Below, in pieces: positions 1 through 11,689 of a stretch of DNA of 64,000 nt. This DNA comes from Neocallimastix sp. 'constans'. Lineage: Eukaryota. Position numbers and translations under genes: made by a program. The DNA lies in NCBI GenBank assembly GCA_050613775.1, contig JBODTK010000103.1, forward strand, positions 310,001 to 374,000. The letters run 5' to 3'. Numbering within the stretch: the stretch's first letter is position 1; every line of letters begins with the position of its first letter. The notes beneath the pieces were generated by a model, which was not told where the DNA came from, searched no databases, and saw only the letters and a list, made by a program, of their open reading frames with translations.

Positions 1-261
1 GAAAATTATTAACAGAAAAAAAAAAAAAATAAAATAAAAAAAAAAAAAAAAAAAAAAGAAAAGAAAAATTAATAAATAGAAAAAAAATAAAATATAAATT
101 AAATTTATATATAATTATTATTATTAATTTTTTTTTTAAATATATATATATATTTTTTTATTGGAATTATTATTTTAATTTTTTTTTATAATAAAAATGG
201 ATAATTAAAATACGATACCATACAATACAATACAAAAAAAAAAAAAAAAAAAAAAAAAAAG

Positions 262-1185
262 CATTTATATAAAATTGTTTCTACTCAAACCGTTCAATCA
301 TGGGCAAAATCATTTGTTATTGAATTACTTAGAAATTCTTATTCTTATGATCCATCTGTTCCAATTCCTTTATTGGAAAGAAACACTATTAAGGAAAAGT
401 ATATTCATGCTAAGAAGAGATTAATCTTTTTCGATTATGATGGCACCTTAACTCCAATTGTTAAGACACCTTCTGCTGCGGTTCCATCCATTGAAATGTT
501 AGCAGCCTTACGTACTTTAACCTATGATCCAAATAATGTAGTCTTTATTATTTCTGGTCGTGATCAAGCTTTCTTAGATAAGCATCTTGGTCATATTAGA
601 AATTTGGGTATGAGTGCTGAACATGGATTCTTAATTAAATATCCAGGTGGTGTTTGGATCAACTGTGAAAGTGATACTGATTTAACTTGGAGAAATGATG
701 TAGAAAATATCTTCAATTTCTATACAGAACGTACTCAAGGTTCCTTTGTAGAAAAGAAGAAATGTGCCATTACATGGCATTATCGTTTAGCCGATCCAGC
801 TTATGGTGCCTTCCAAGCAAAAGAATGTCAAAATCATATTGAAAATTCTGTTTTATCAAAATATCCTATTGAAATTTTACATGGAAAGAAGTGTCTTGAA
901 GTTCGTCCAATTACCGTTAATAAGGGTGAAATTGTAAGACAATTAATGAATATTCATCCAGATTGTGACTTCGTTTTATGTGCTGGTGATGATAGAACAG
1001 ATGAAGATATGTTTAAGGCATTAGTTGAAAATGATATTGAAAAGGATAATATCTTTACAACCATTGTTGGAGGAGCCTCTAAAAAATCAATTGCTCATTG
1101 GAGAGTTTCTGAACCTAAGGATTTAATTGATGTTATGGAGGTTTTAGCTCAATGTACTGCTAATGATATTTCTAAGACTAACTAA
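262..1185 (+). CDS. TPS2: Terminal exon of trehalose-6-phosphate synthase/phosphatase (TPS2-like; HAD-family trehalose phosphatase domain); 5' exons lie outside the window
   Basis: ORF 373..1185 has HAD motifs FFDYDGTL, IISGR, SAEHG, GKKCLEVRP..VNKG and AGDDRTDEDMF. The frame extends back to an AG acceptor at 260-261 and reads HLYKIVSTQTVQSWAKSF, like the end of the GT20 domain. Confidence 0.9.
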   Translation, partial: HLYKIVSTQTVQSWAKSFVIELLRNSYSYDPSVPIPLLERNTIKEKYIHAKKRLIFFDYDGTLTPIVKTPSAAVPSIEMLAALRTLTYDPNNVVFIISGRDQAFLDKHLGHIRNLGMSAEHGFLIKYPGGVWINCESDTDLTWRNDVENIFNFYTERTQGSFVEKKKCAITWHYRLADPAYGAFQAKECQNHIENSVLSKYPIEILHGKKCLEVRPITVNKGEIVRQLMNIHPDCDFVLCAGDDRTDEDMFKALVENDIEKDNIFTTIVGGASKKSIAHWRVSEPKDLIDVMEVLAQCTANDISKTN

Positions 1186-1768
1186 ATTAGTAATTAATCA
1201 CTGAATTAAAAAAAAAAATTTTTTTTTTATATTTTTTCTAATCTATTCAAAAATAGAAGACAGAAAAAAAAATTAACAAAGATATAATTAATGATAATAA
1301 TAATAATAATAATAATTATATAAAGTAATAATTAGAAATAATTAGTAATATTCAATATAGAAAAAAAAAAAAGTAAAAAATTTACATAGCCTACAACTAA
1401 AAAATTAAACCAATAAATAAATAAATAAATAATAAAAATAATGAAATGGAAAAAAAATTAAAATAATAATAATAATAATAAATACTAAATACTAAATACA
1501 AAGTAATAAACAAAATAAAGAAATTAAAATCCATTAAATTCTTATTTGCTTACGCTGAATTGCAACAAAAAATTTAAAAATAAAATCAAATAATAAAACA
1601 AAATAAAACAAAGAAAATAATAATATTACAAATATTAATAATAAAAGCAGAAAAAAATAACAAAAAAAAAAAAACAGTTGAATAAAATATTAAACGAAAA
1701 TTAAAGAAAATAAAAAATAAAATAATAAAAAAAAAAAGTAAATAATAATAAATAATAATAATGCAAGC

Positions 1769-1809
<41 letters not shown>

Positions 1810-2647
1810 TCATATATATTCGTATATACTATTATTTATTATTTTTTTATAAATATATAAAATAAAATAAAAATTAGTTAAATATATGAAAATATTTGAT
1901 ATTGGTCATTGAAAATTAAGAAGGGCTCATTAAAATATAAAAAAAAATTAACACGTATCAATGAAAAAGGAAAACAGTAAAATTAAAATATACAAAAATA
2001 AAAAATAAAATAAAAAAAAAAATAATTAAATAGATAAAAATAAATTATTTTTTTTTTTTTTTTAAAAAAAAAAAAGTTTTTATTATATTTATTTAATATT
2101 ATTTTAGTAAAATATATATATATATATATTATATAATTTTTAGTAAATATATATATAAAATAATAATACAAAAGTGAAATATATATATTATTTTTTTTTC
2201 TTTTAAATTACAAAAACAAAGAAAAAAAATTATTAACATATATATTTTAAGTAACTTTTATAATTATTTATTTATTTTTCTTTAATTAGTAATAATTAAT
2301 AATTAATAATTAATAATTAATAATAATAATATAATTTAAACAGTAGTAGTAATAAAAAAGTTTTTAAAAAAATTTTTTAAAAAAAAAAATTCAAAAAAGA
2401 AAAAAAAAAACTTGATAATAAATTTAAATAAGTAATAGAATATATAATTCTTTTTTTTTTTTTTTTTCTTTTTTCTTTTTAATTAATTTATTTTAAATAT
2501 TCCTTTTTTTTTTCTTCTTTTTCTTTTTTATTTATAAAAAAAAAATTTATTATTATTCAATTTAAATAAGCAAATAAAAAAAACCTAGTCTAAAAAAAAA
2601 AAAATCAAACTAAAAAATAAAATAAAAAAATTTTTTTTATTTGAATG

Positions 2648-2679
<32 letters not shown>

Positions 2680-2868
2680 AATGCAATTAAATAATTAAAA
2701 AAAAAAAAAAAAAAAAAAAAATTAAATTACAAATAATAAAAAAATAATAATTAATAATTAATTAGTAATAAATAATAAATAAAATATAATAATAAATAAA
2801 TAAAAACAAAAAACAAAAAAATTATATTACTATTATTCTAATATATAAGTATATTTTATAATATAAAG

Positions 2869-2903
<35 letters not shown>

Positions 2904-2933
2904 GTCATTTTAGTGGATGTGGGGTGATAATCG

Positions 2934-2982
<49 letters not shown>

Positions 2983-3108
2983 AAAAAAATATTGGTTAAA
3001 ATAATATGGTAGTCGTAAAAATAAGTAAATTGAAAATTGAAAATTGGAATAATTAATAGTGGGTGGTGGTTGATAGTGAAAATAATAGATAGGTATCATT
3101 ACTAATAG

Positions 3109-4820
3109 TCCTCAGGTCACAGCCTTAATCGTAATTACTGGAATCATGCTTTAAGGAATATTAGTCTTAGATCCTCTACCTGGAATATAAATGGTCCCAT
3201 TACGATTGACGATATTAAAAAAACAATTTCATCTATGAAAAACAACAAAGCACCCGGCCCCGATGGTATCCCGATTGAATTCTACAAAGCTCTGTTTTGC
3301 AATGAAGAATTACTAGAAACACATCCTGCTGCTGGAAAGTGTCTTAAATTAATTTTTAATAAAATATGGAATGGGTCTTTTCCTAAAAAATGGAACTCAG
3401 CTTCTATTGTATCAATCCCTAAGAAAGGTGACCTATCAGATTGTAGTAATTATCGAGGTATTTCTCTCATTAATGTTGGACTGAAAATCATTTCAAAAAT
3501 TGTTACAGATAGAATATCCTCTTACGCACTCTCACACAATTTCATTAGACCTGAACAATTTGGCTTTCGCAACCGTGAAGAATGCATTAGTTTATTCATT
3601 TCCGTTAGAGAAATATGCCAAAGAAGAAAATTTCAAGGAAAATTCACATATTTAGCCTTTTTAGATCTTAAAAAAGCTTATGATTCAGTTCCTATTTTTA
3701 ACATTCTTACTAAATTATATCATTATGGAGTACGTGGTAAATGTTTTGATTTTCTTTGTAATTTATATACTTCATCTAAAGCTCGTGCTCGATTTGCTTC
3801 AATGTTATCAAATGAATTTCCTATTAAAAGAGGTGTTCGTCAAGGTTGTCCATTATCTCCAATTTTATTCAATTTATTCATCAATGATATATTAAATGAC
3901 TGTGAAAAGTATGGCGTTAATATTGGAAGAAAAAAGTGTTGTGGTGGACTCTTTGCTGATGATGTTGTTCTCATTGCTCCAAGTGCAAAAAATTTAGAAA
4001 AATTACTAAAAAAGGTACATAGATGGGCTAATTTAAATGAAATGACTTTTGGTATTGAAAAATGTGCAACTATGGTTATAAAACCAATGAACTTCCAATC
4101 TCCTCCAAACTATAGTGACCCAACCTTCTATTTAGGAATGAATGCTATTCCTAAAGTTTCTAGTTATATTTATCTTGGTATTCCTTTTTCTGATGATCTC
4201 TTACTAGAACACATTATATCTCACATGCATTTTAAAGTTAGAAAATCCCTTCTTTCATTTACACATTTCTTCTCAATTAAACTTATCCCTATTGCATACA
4301 AGAAAAAAGTTCTTCAATCCTTTGTTATTAGTAAAGTAATTTATTATTCTCCTTTACTTGGTTCAAACAAATCCAGAACGGCCAGAATTCAAACATTAAT
4401 TAATACTGGTCTATTTTGGTGTATCGGCTCCTTCTCTAAAAATGGTAAAACAAGTTCAGAAGACAATGACTATATTAGACATAATTCTACTATGAGTACT
4501 TATGCTTTATCTCGAGATCTAAGCATTCCTCCTATTGCTGGTGTCTGCGCAGCCTTACAGATTAAATCATTTGCAAAATGGAGTAAATCAAACTGTATTA
4601 TAAAGGATCTTATTAAATCTATTCCCAAAATGCATCATTATTCCTGTGCGATTGCTCAGGTAAGGTGTTTTAAAAAATGGGAAAAACTCGAAATGTATTA
4701 TCTCTGTTTTACTTAGAGATATATCTCGTTGTAGACGTCATGCATGGGATAAAAAAAGTAAAATTATAGCTGACAAATTAGATAAATTTCCATCAAAAAA
4801 AGATATTTTAAACTTTTACT
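3109..4820 (+). mobile_element. 5'-truncated non-LTR retrotransposon (LINE) ORF2 fragment with an open reverse transcriptase domain
   Basis: ORF 3235..4716 (frame open from 3109) has KAPGPDG, NYRGISL, EQFGFR, FLDLKKAYDSV, GVRQGCPLSPILF, LFADD and YLG motifs. It frameshifts near 4681, and there is no endonuclease upstream. Confidence 0.95.
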
Positions 4821-4829
4821 GCCATATCT

Positions 4830-6035
4830 CTACCCTCGCTGCTATGAAACATCTACTGACAGCACAGGGTTGATTTTTATCCGTGGTATCCACTCATGGA
4901 CTAATGCTAAAATGAAGGAGTTTATTCATTGTAAATGCAAAAAATTCAATGATAATATTTTGTCAGTAAAAAGAATTACTAAAATTCAATGAGAGCTTCT
5001 TCAGGATAAAAGTATACATTCCAAATTTTGACTACGAAAAATTTAAAGAAGTATTTGAAAAAGCACTATCAGGAGTTAAAATGTCATATCGTAGATGTTC
5101 CAAATGGAATCATAAGGTTTCCTTTCAGCATTTAAACCAAAATCTAATATCAAATAACACATCCAAGAATACAAACTCAGTAAACCCTAGTTCAACTAAT
5201 TTAGTATATGTTATAAATGGCAATCATGAATTCAATTCTCCCAATGTTCCTAATCTTAATTCTTAAAATCCAATTTCATATTCTAATACAGGATAGTTTT
5301 CTTTTTGTCTTAGTTGGAATACCAATAGATGGAATTTTGTGAAAAGAGATAGTATTGAGTACTTCAACACAATATTTAAACCATTATTTCTATGTTTTCA
5401 GGAAACAGGTAATAGTACCAATGAGGCTAGAAATCCATGTAAAGTAATACTTCCCAACTATAAATATTTCCTGAAAAGAATGGATCCTACTATACCAGGT
5501 TGCATAGGTTTATATCTTGGTTATCATGTCTCATGTCAAGCAGTACTTGAAGATAATTCCTATACTTATCTTGTTTCTTTAACAACATATAGTCTCTGGA
5601 ATTACTTTAAGTGTTCTGTTGGTAACGTCTATATTTCCACTAAGAAACAGTCGTTACAAGTCCGATATGCATTTTCAGAAGTTTTCATATGGCTTCAGAA
5701 TCACACTAATCATCCATCTATTCTTCTTGGAGACTTTAACATAAGTACCTCTGATTTACAAGATAAATTATCCAATAGTAACCTTGATAACTGGTTTATT
5801 CCTCCGATTAATGGTTCACCTATTTCATGGAAAAGAGGTAGTTATTCATCAGATATTGATCATGCGTTAGTCAATTCAAGTACGCTGGTTAAAATATCTA
5901 GTGCTTATTTTGTTGATTATCCTTCTGTATCTGATCATAAACCTCTCATGGTTTATTGCAAGAAAATTACCACAGATGAATCATTTTTGTTACCATAAAA
6001 ATTTGATAAAAATTTGTTAGATGGGATAGGTATAA
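4830..6035 (+). mobile_element. Degenerate 5' part of a second LINE: N-terminal/ORF1-like remnant plus AP-like endonuclease domain
   Basis: 5297..5998 reads LSWNTN..., LCFQET, LLGDFN, IDHALV and SDHKPL (APE endonuclease motifs). Upstream 4855-5266 contains broken frames (LIFIRGIHSWTNAKMKEF...) with stops and frameshifts. Confidence 0.85.
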
Positions 6036-6409
6036 AAATAAGTTCAAAAGTTATAAAATAAAAAAAAGATTCGCTTATTATATATATTTATATATAAAAT
6101 TATATATACATATATATATATTAAATAAATAAATATCTGCCTTCTTTCTCTCACCAAAGAATTTTTTTTTATAACTTCAATTATTGCGAACTTTAATCTA
6201 TATTTATTTATTTATTTATTTATTTACTTATTTATTTATTACATGAATATTTTTTAATTTTAATGTAAAATAAAACACACACACGATTAATAAAGTATAT
6301 AAATATTATTTGTCCAATTTGAACATAATAATATTTAAAATAGTAACGTGAAATAAAAAAAAAAAGTAATATTCAAAAATAAAGTGTTTAAATAAATTCA
6401 GAAAAAAGA

Positions 6410-6645
6410 TCATAAGCAACGAACCTCACCTCCTTATGGATTAGGGTTTGAATTGACTATCTGAATGAAATTATGGTCTTTTCCTTTAGAGGAGTTGGCC
6501 CTGCTAATCTGTATTACTTCATTTTCAGCGTTGACTCTCCTGGTTAGTTTACTCTTATACTTTCGGGATAGTAACCACTGTCGATTACTAGCCCGAGGCA
6601 TAATTTCTGTAAAGGCCGTTTTTTTTTTTTTTTTTTTTTTTTTTA
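6410..6645 (-). mobile_element. Short GC-richer retroelement-like remnant sharing a terminal motif with the 6765-7151 remnant
   Basis: 6587-6619 is identical over 33 bp to 7101-7133. It is bounded by a T-tract at 6619-6644, and its composition differs from the flanks. Confidence 0.45.
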
Positions 6646-6764
6646 GACAGGAAAGAGAATACACTTCCAAAACTTTATATTAATTTTATTTTAAAAAATA
6701 CATGTAGGTGAAAAGTACATTTGAAATTAAAAATAAAAAATTAAAAAATAAAAAAATAAAAAAG

Positions 6765-7151
6765 CTCGAAAATACTATGTATTTCGGCAAGTTGTACTAT
6801 GCGGGAATTTTTCCCTTCCTAACAAATAAAAAAGAAATAAAACCTAGAAGTAACATCTTTAAAATAGATAGTGTGGTGTCCACTAAACTCTCCCCGGATT
6901 CATCATTTATTGAACTACTAGGGCAAGATTCGTCCTTCGTAGAAATAGATGACGATCCTGTATTATCATTATGCCTTATCAGTACGACGTCGACGCTCTT
7001 GGATAAGTTTGGTATTTTGCAATACCTATCAAATAATAGCTCAAACGAACTACTAATGATAGGTATTGCACTTGTTAAGAATTATACTTTCTGGATAGTA
7101 ACTAGCCCGAGGCATAATTTCTGTAAAGGCCGTAAATCGCACCAAAAATAA
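6765..7151 (-). mobile_element. Probable internally deleted LINE-derived remnant (shared motif joined to an ORF2 C-terminal-like segment)
   Basis: The minus strand reads FLTSAIPIISSSFELLFDRYCKIPNLSKSVDVVLIRH..., which from memory (unverified) resembles the C-terminal tail of this LINE family. It shares the 33-bp motif with 6587-6619 and sits next to LINE fragments. Confidence 0.45.
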
Positions 7152-7692
7152 CATTTTTTTTGAATATTCACCAGATATGATTTGATTTCTAAACAAATCA
7201 TCCCATTCATTTTTATAATTTAAGTAAATAATTGTCTACATCTCTTCCACCAATAAGGAAGTTATAATAATAATATCCCTAATATTAATATTCCTATTCT
7301 CACTCTCACTATTTCTACATTTACATATCATATAAATATATAAAAATTTACTTTAAACACACATTATTTAAAACATTTCTTCCATAACAAATGGTATTAT
7401 GAATCTACTTTTTTAATTAATTTTTTTCTTATTATTATTTATAGTTCTCTTTATTACACACAAAATTTATATCTGAAAACTCTTTTGTTATTAATTTTTT
7501 ATATATTTTTTTATTTTTACTTTCTTTTTTTTTTTTTTTAAATTAAATTTAAATATATTATATATTATTAAATTGAATATTTATTAAATTCATATTTATA
7601 TTACGAATGAACATTAAAAATAAAATTATATTAATAAAAAAAATAAAATAGATTATAACGATTTTTTTTTTTTTACGATTTTTTTATATGTT

Positions 7693-8443
7693 TTATAATT
7701 CATATCCTAATACATAATAGTTTACTTTTCTTCCTAAGTAATAAGTAGGATTAACTATTTGGAATCCTATATACATAAAGGAATGAAGAAGTAATTTTAT
7801 ATCTTCATTCTTTCTAATACAAATTACAATTTTTTCACAACCAAAGATTTCTTCTGCAAGCTCTAATAACGAAGTCATACTTTCTTGGAAATTCCAATTA
7901 CATTCAGTTGGAAGTTCGATAAATAACGTAGTTTCCTTAATAAAGGCATAGAATACATTAACACCACGATTATCTATTCGTTTAGATAATAATGAGACAT
8001 ACAATAAGCCCGGATCGTCCCTTTCTTGCACTAATACTTCGTTTTGAAATCTTCGACAGCCCTCCAGCAAGCCCGCTCGTAGTACATCATTCATATTAGA
8101 AGAGTCAGGAATACCACCCTATTATATTATAATATAAATTATAATAATAAATTTCATTTAATATTTCGTTATATCCTATTATTATTAAATATATATATTT
8201 TTATCATATATATTAATATTTACCGGTTTTAGTACCGCTAGTGTAATAATAATTGACAGTTTTACCCATTTTAGAGTAAATAGTGCATAAAGCAAGAGGG
8301 TCTTCATAATTTTCATAGTAAGGCTCCTCAACTTCTTCTAAGAAGGCCATTATTGATAAATCATTAATTGGATTATTATTTTCACTACTTAAATTTATGT
8401 TTGGATTTATCATGTTGTCAAATTTTTCTTTCTTTTTTAACAT
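7693..8443 (-). CDS. OAZ1: Ornithine decarboxylase antizyme; exon 1 8443-8224, intron 8223-8119, exon 2 8118-7693; +1 frameshift at UCC-UGA; predicted ORF1 77 aa, full product 214 aa
   Basis: ORF2 has the ODC antizyme C-terminal pattern (ESMTSLLELAEEIFGCEKIVICIRKN...LLHSFMYIGFQIVNP). The GTAAAT...ATAG intron splices ORF1 into ...ACC GGG TGG TAT TCC TGA C. Skipping one base gives GAC TCT TCT AAT ATG, in frame with ORF 8094..7693. Confidence 0.95.
8104..8118 (-). promoter_or_regulatory. +1 programmed ribosomal frameshift site (G)GG-UGG-UAU-UCC-UGA-C
   Basis: TCC at 8110-8108 and TGA at 8107-8105 match the established antizyme shift site UCC-UGA, in a context like vertebrate UGG-UGC-UCC-UGA. 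Confidence 0.92.
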
Positions 8444-11099
8444 CCGTTTTTGAAAAAAATTATAATTTTTCTTATTTTTAAATTAGTAAATATTCTTCTT
8501 TTTATTTATGTTATATTAATTTGTTTTCTATTATTTGATTAATATTTTCTTAGTTTTAATAATATAAATATTTAATTCGTTTTTTTAAAATATTTTTTTA
8601 TTCAAGATTATTCTTAGTTTTTTTGGTAAAAAATATAAATTTATTAAAAAATTATACTTATTTAAGATAATTTCTAAAAATGAAGTTTAATAAAGATTGA
8701 AGAAAATTTTATGGTATTTATATGAGAATTAAATAATAAAATTAGGGTTAAAATTTTTATATTATAAAATATTAAAATGTAATAATTATAAACATTTTTT
8801 AAATTTTAATTTTTTTTTTTTTTTTAATTTTATCTCTTTTTCGTTTTTTCTTTTTTAAAAAAAATACTTAATATTATATATTATTGTATTATATTATTAA
8901 TAATCATATAATTCAATCAATCAAATAAATATTTTATATATGTATGAATATATATATGATTGTATTATTGAATAATAAATACTACAATTGTAAATTTTTA
9001 ATGATTTAATACATTATATTATAATATATATAATAAATATTATATAATAATAAAATTTATATTATAATTGTGTAAAATAATTAACTTTTTCGTATGAATA
9101 GATTAGAAATAAATATTTTAATTGAAATATATATATTATAATGAGTAATTTATCTAAATATATTGATAATATATGTATAAAAATTATTTATATTATTTAT
9201 CTTATCTCAAAAAATTATTTAATAATAATAAATATATTATTTAAGAATAAGATTGACCAAATTTAATTTTTTTTTTTTAAAATTAAATAAAAATTTGGTC
9301 AATCAAATTAATTTTAAAACCAGATTATTAAAGCTACTTTCATTTACTGACTGCCTATTTGTTAGGCAAATCAGATCAAAAGAAAAAAAAAGAAGATTGA
9401 TGGAAATAATCAATCATATATTATTTATTATTATTTATTTGTTTATTATTATTATTTATTATTTATTATTTGTTATTAGTTATAAATTATTTATTATGTA
9501 TTATTTATTATTATTAATTATTTATTATTTATTATTTATTATGTATTATTTATTAATATATATAATAATTTATTCAATATAAAGATTTTTGTGGTTATTT
9601 ATTTTCTGGTCATATGAAATAGATAATTATAAAATATATAAATTATGAAAATTCTATCCTAACAAATTAAAATTAAGTTTTTACTTTTTTACATTTTTGA
9701 ATGATTATCTTACTTTCATTCATATATAAAGCAAATAACAATAATTTAGTATTAATATATGATTTATTGAACAAAATTATTAATACTCTTTAATATAAAA
9801 TATAAAATATTAAATAAATAAAAAGATAATATATTAAATTTAATTTTTAATAGATTTTAAAACTTTTTTTTAACATTTTTCAAATTTTGTTATTTATTTA
9901 ATATATTATCTAATATATTTAATATATCTATGAATTCAATTTGTTTTAAAATTTAAACCCTCATATGAAAAAAAATTTTTAAATATCCAATAGAATTGCT
10001 TTATTTTTTTTCAATATATATCAATTGTATCATATATTTATTTATATTATATATATATTATATTATATAATATTTAATATAAATAATTTACATATATTTG
10101 AATTAAACCTTAATTTCAAATTATTTTTTTTGTATATTCAAAATATTTAAAACTTTAAAAATAGTTTTATTATTTAATGGATGATTTATATCATGTAAAA
10201 AATTAAATAAAATTTTAATTTTTTTAATTAAGCCATCCATTTAATCATGTTTTATTCACATGTTTGTAGATATTATTAAATAACAAGTCATATTTATGTT
10301 TTTAAGTCATTAATGTATGTGACGGAAAGAGAATAAACCAATAATATTTAAACAAAAAGATTCATCTGAAAGTAAAATTTTGGATAAATTTTATTAAAAA
10401 AAAAGGCATTCTTTGAAGAAAAAGTAATGAAATAAAATATAATAATAAAAATCAATAAAGTAATAAATAATAACTAATAATTATTAGATAATAATAATAA
10501 TTAATTAGATAATAATAATAATTAATTAGATAATAATAATTAATTAGATAATAATAATAATAATAATTAATTATATAATAATAATTAATTAGATAATAAT
10601 AATTAATTAAATAATAATAATTGCATAATAATTTATTAGTGGTTGCAAAGTAACTAAATGTGGTGTAGTAGCTTAAAAAAATATTAAAAATATTAAACTA
10701 AAAAAAAAAAATGAAATATATCTAAAAATTAGTTCAAAGTTTATTTTTCTTTTTTTCCAAAAATTTATTATTATTTCTTTAAATTTTTTTTTTTTTTTAT
10801 ATTTTTTATAATTTAAAATTCAATTATTTAATTCAGATAAAAAAAAATTTAAATAATCATAATCATATATTAGTAATACTATATAATATATTCTGTAATT
10901 TACTGTAATTTTTAATTAGTAATTATTTTTAATTATTTTTAATTATTTTTAATTATTTTTAATTATTTTTAATTATTTTTAATTATTTTTTTTTTTTTTA
11001 ATTATTTTTTTTTTTAATTATTTTTATGTAGGCATAAAAATAATATATTTTTTTAATTACTTATTTTCCATATAAAGTAATTTTTATTATAATTTTTAT

Positions 11100-11410
11100 T
11101 GTTTATTTTTATTATTTATTATTTATTTTTTTATTTATTATTTATTTTTTTATTTATTATTTATTTTTTTATTTATTATTTATTTTTTTATTTATTATTT
11201 ATTTTTTTATTATTTATTTTTTTTATTTATTATTTATTATTTATTATTTATTATTTATTATTTATTATTTATTATTTATTATTTATTATTTATTATTTAT
11301 TATTTATTATTTATTATTTATTATTTATTATTTATTATTTATTATTTATTATTTATTATTTATTATTTATTTATTATTCAATTATTTATTTTTTTATTTA
11401 TCTATTTATT
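11100..11410. repeat. (TTATTTA)n heptamer microsatellite, imperfect
   Basis: Visible tandem TTATTTA units, which give the spurious IIYYLLF ORF. Confidence 0.9.
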
Positions 11411-11689
11411 TAAATTATATAAAAAAATTTATTAATAATTAAAATTGAAAAATAAATGAGAAAAAGAAATTGAAAATATAAAAGTCAATTTATTAATTAT
11501 AAAAAAAATGATATATTAATTATTATTATTTTTTTTTTTTACTTTTTTTTATTTTTTTTCTTTTTAATGATTAAAAACAAAGAAAGAGAATCTTTTGGAG
11601 TTAAATACTTTAATGACTTTTAACCAGAAAGAATAAAGTATTAATAAGTAAATGAATTATCTACAATAGAAAATATATATAAGATATTA

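Noticed and set aside
1586..3099. Short F/I/Y/K-rich ORFs here and throughout (e.g. 9253, 11099, 16612, 18453, 22704, 27722, 30872, 43610, 61924, 63654)
   Set aside because: They are translations of homopolymers and AT microsatellites with no protein-like content.
6708..7151. 147-aa plus-strand ORF
   Set aside because: It has a non-ATG start and low-complexity beginning, and it overlaps a repeat remnant that is better read on the minus strand.
7693..8094. 133-aa ORF as a stand-alone gene
   Set aside because: It is ORF2 of the antizyme, and the upstream UCC-UGA site and ORF1 explain it. Internal initiation at this AUG cannot be excluded.
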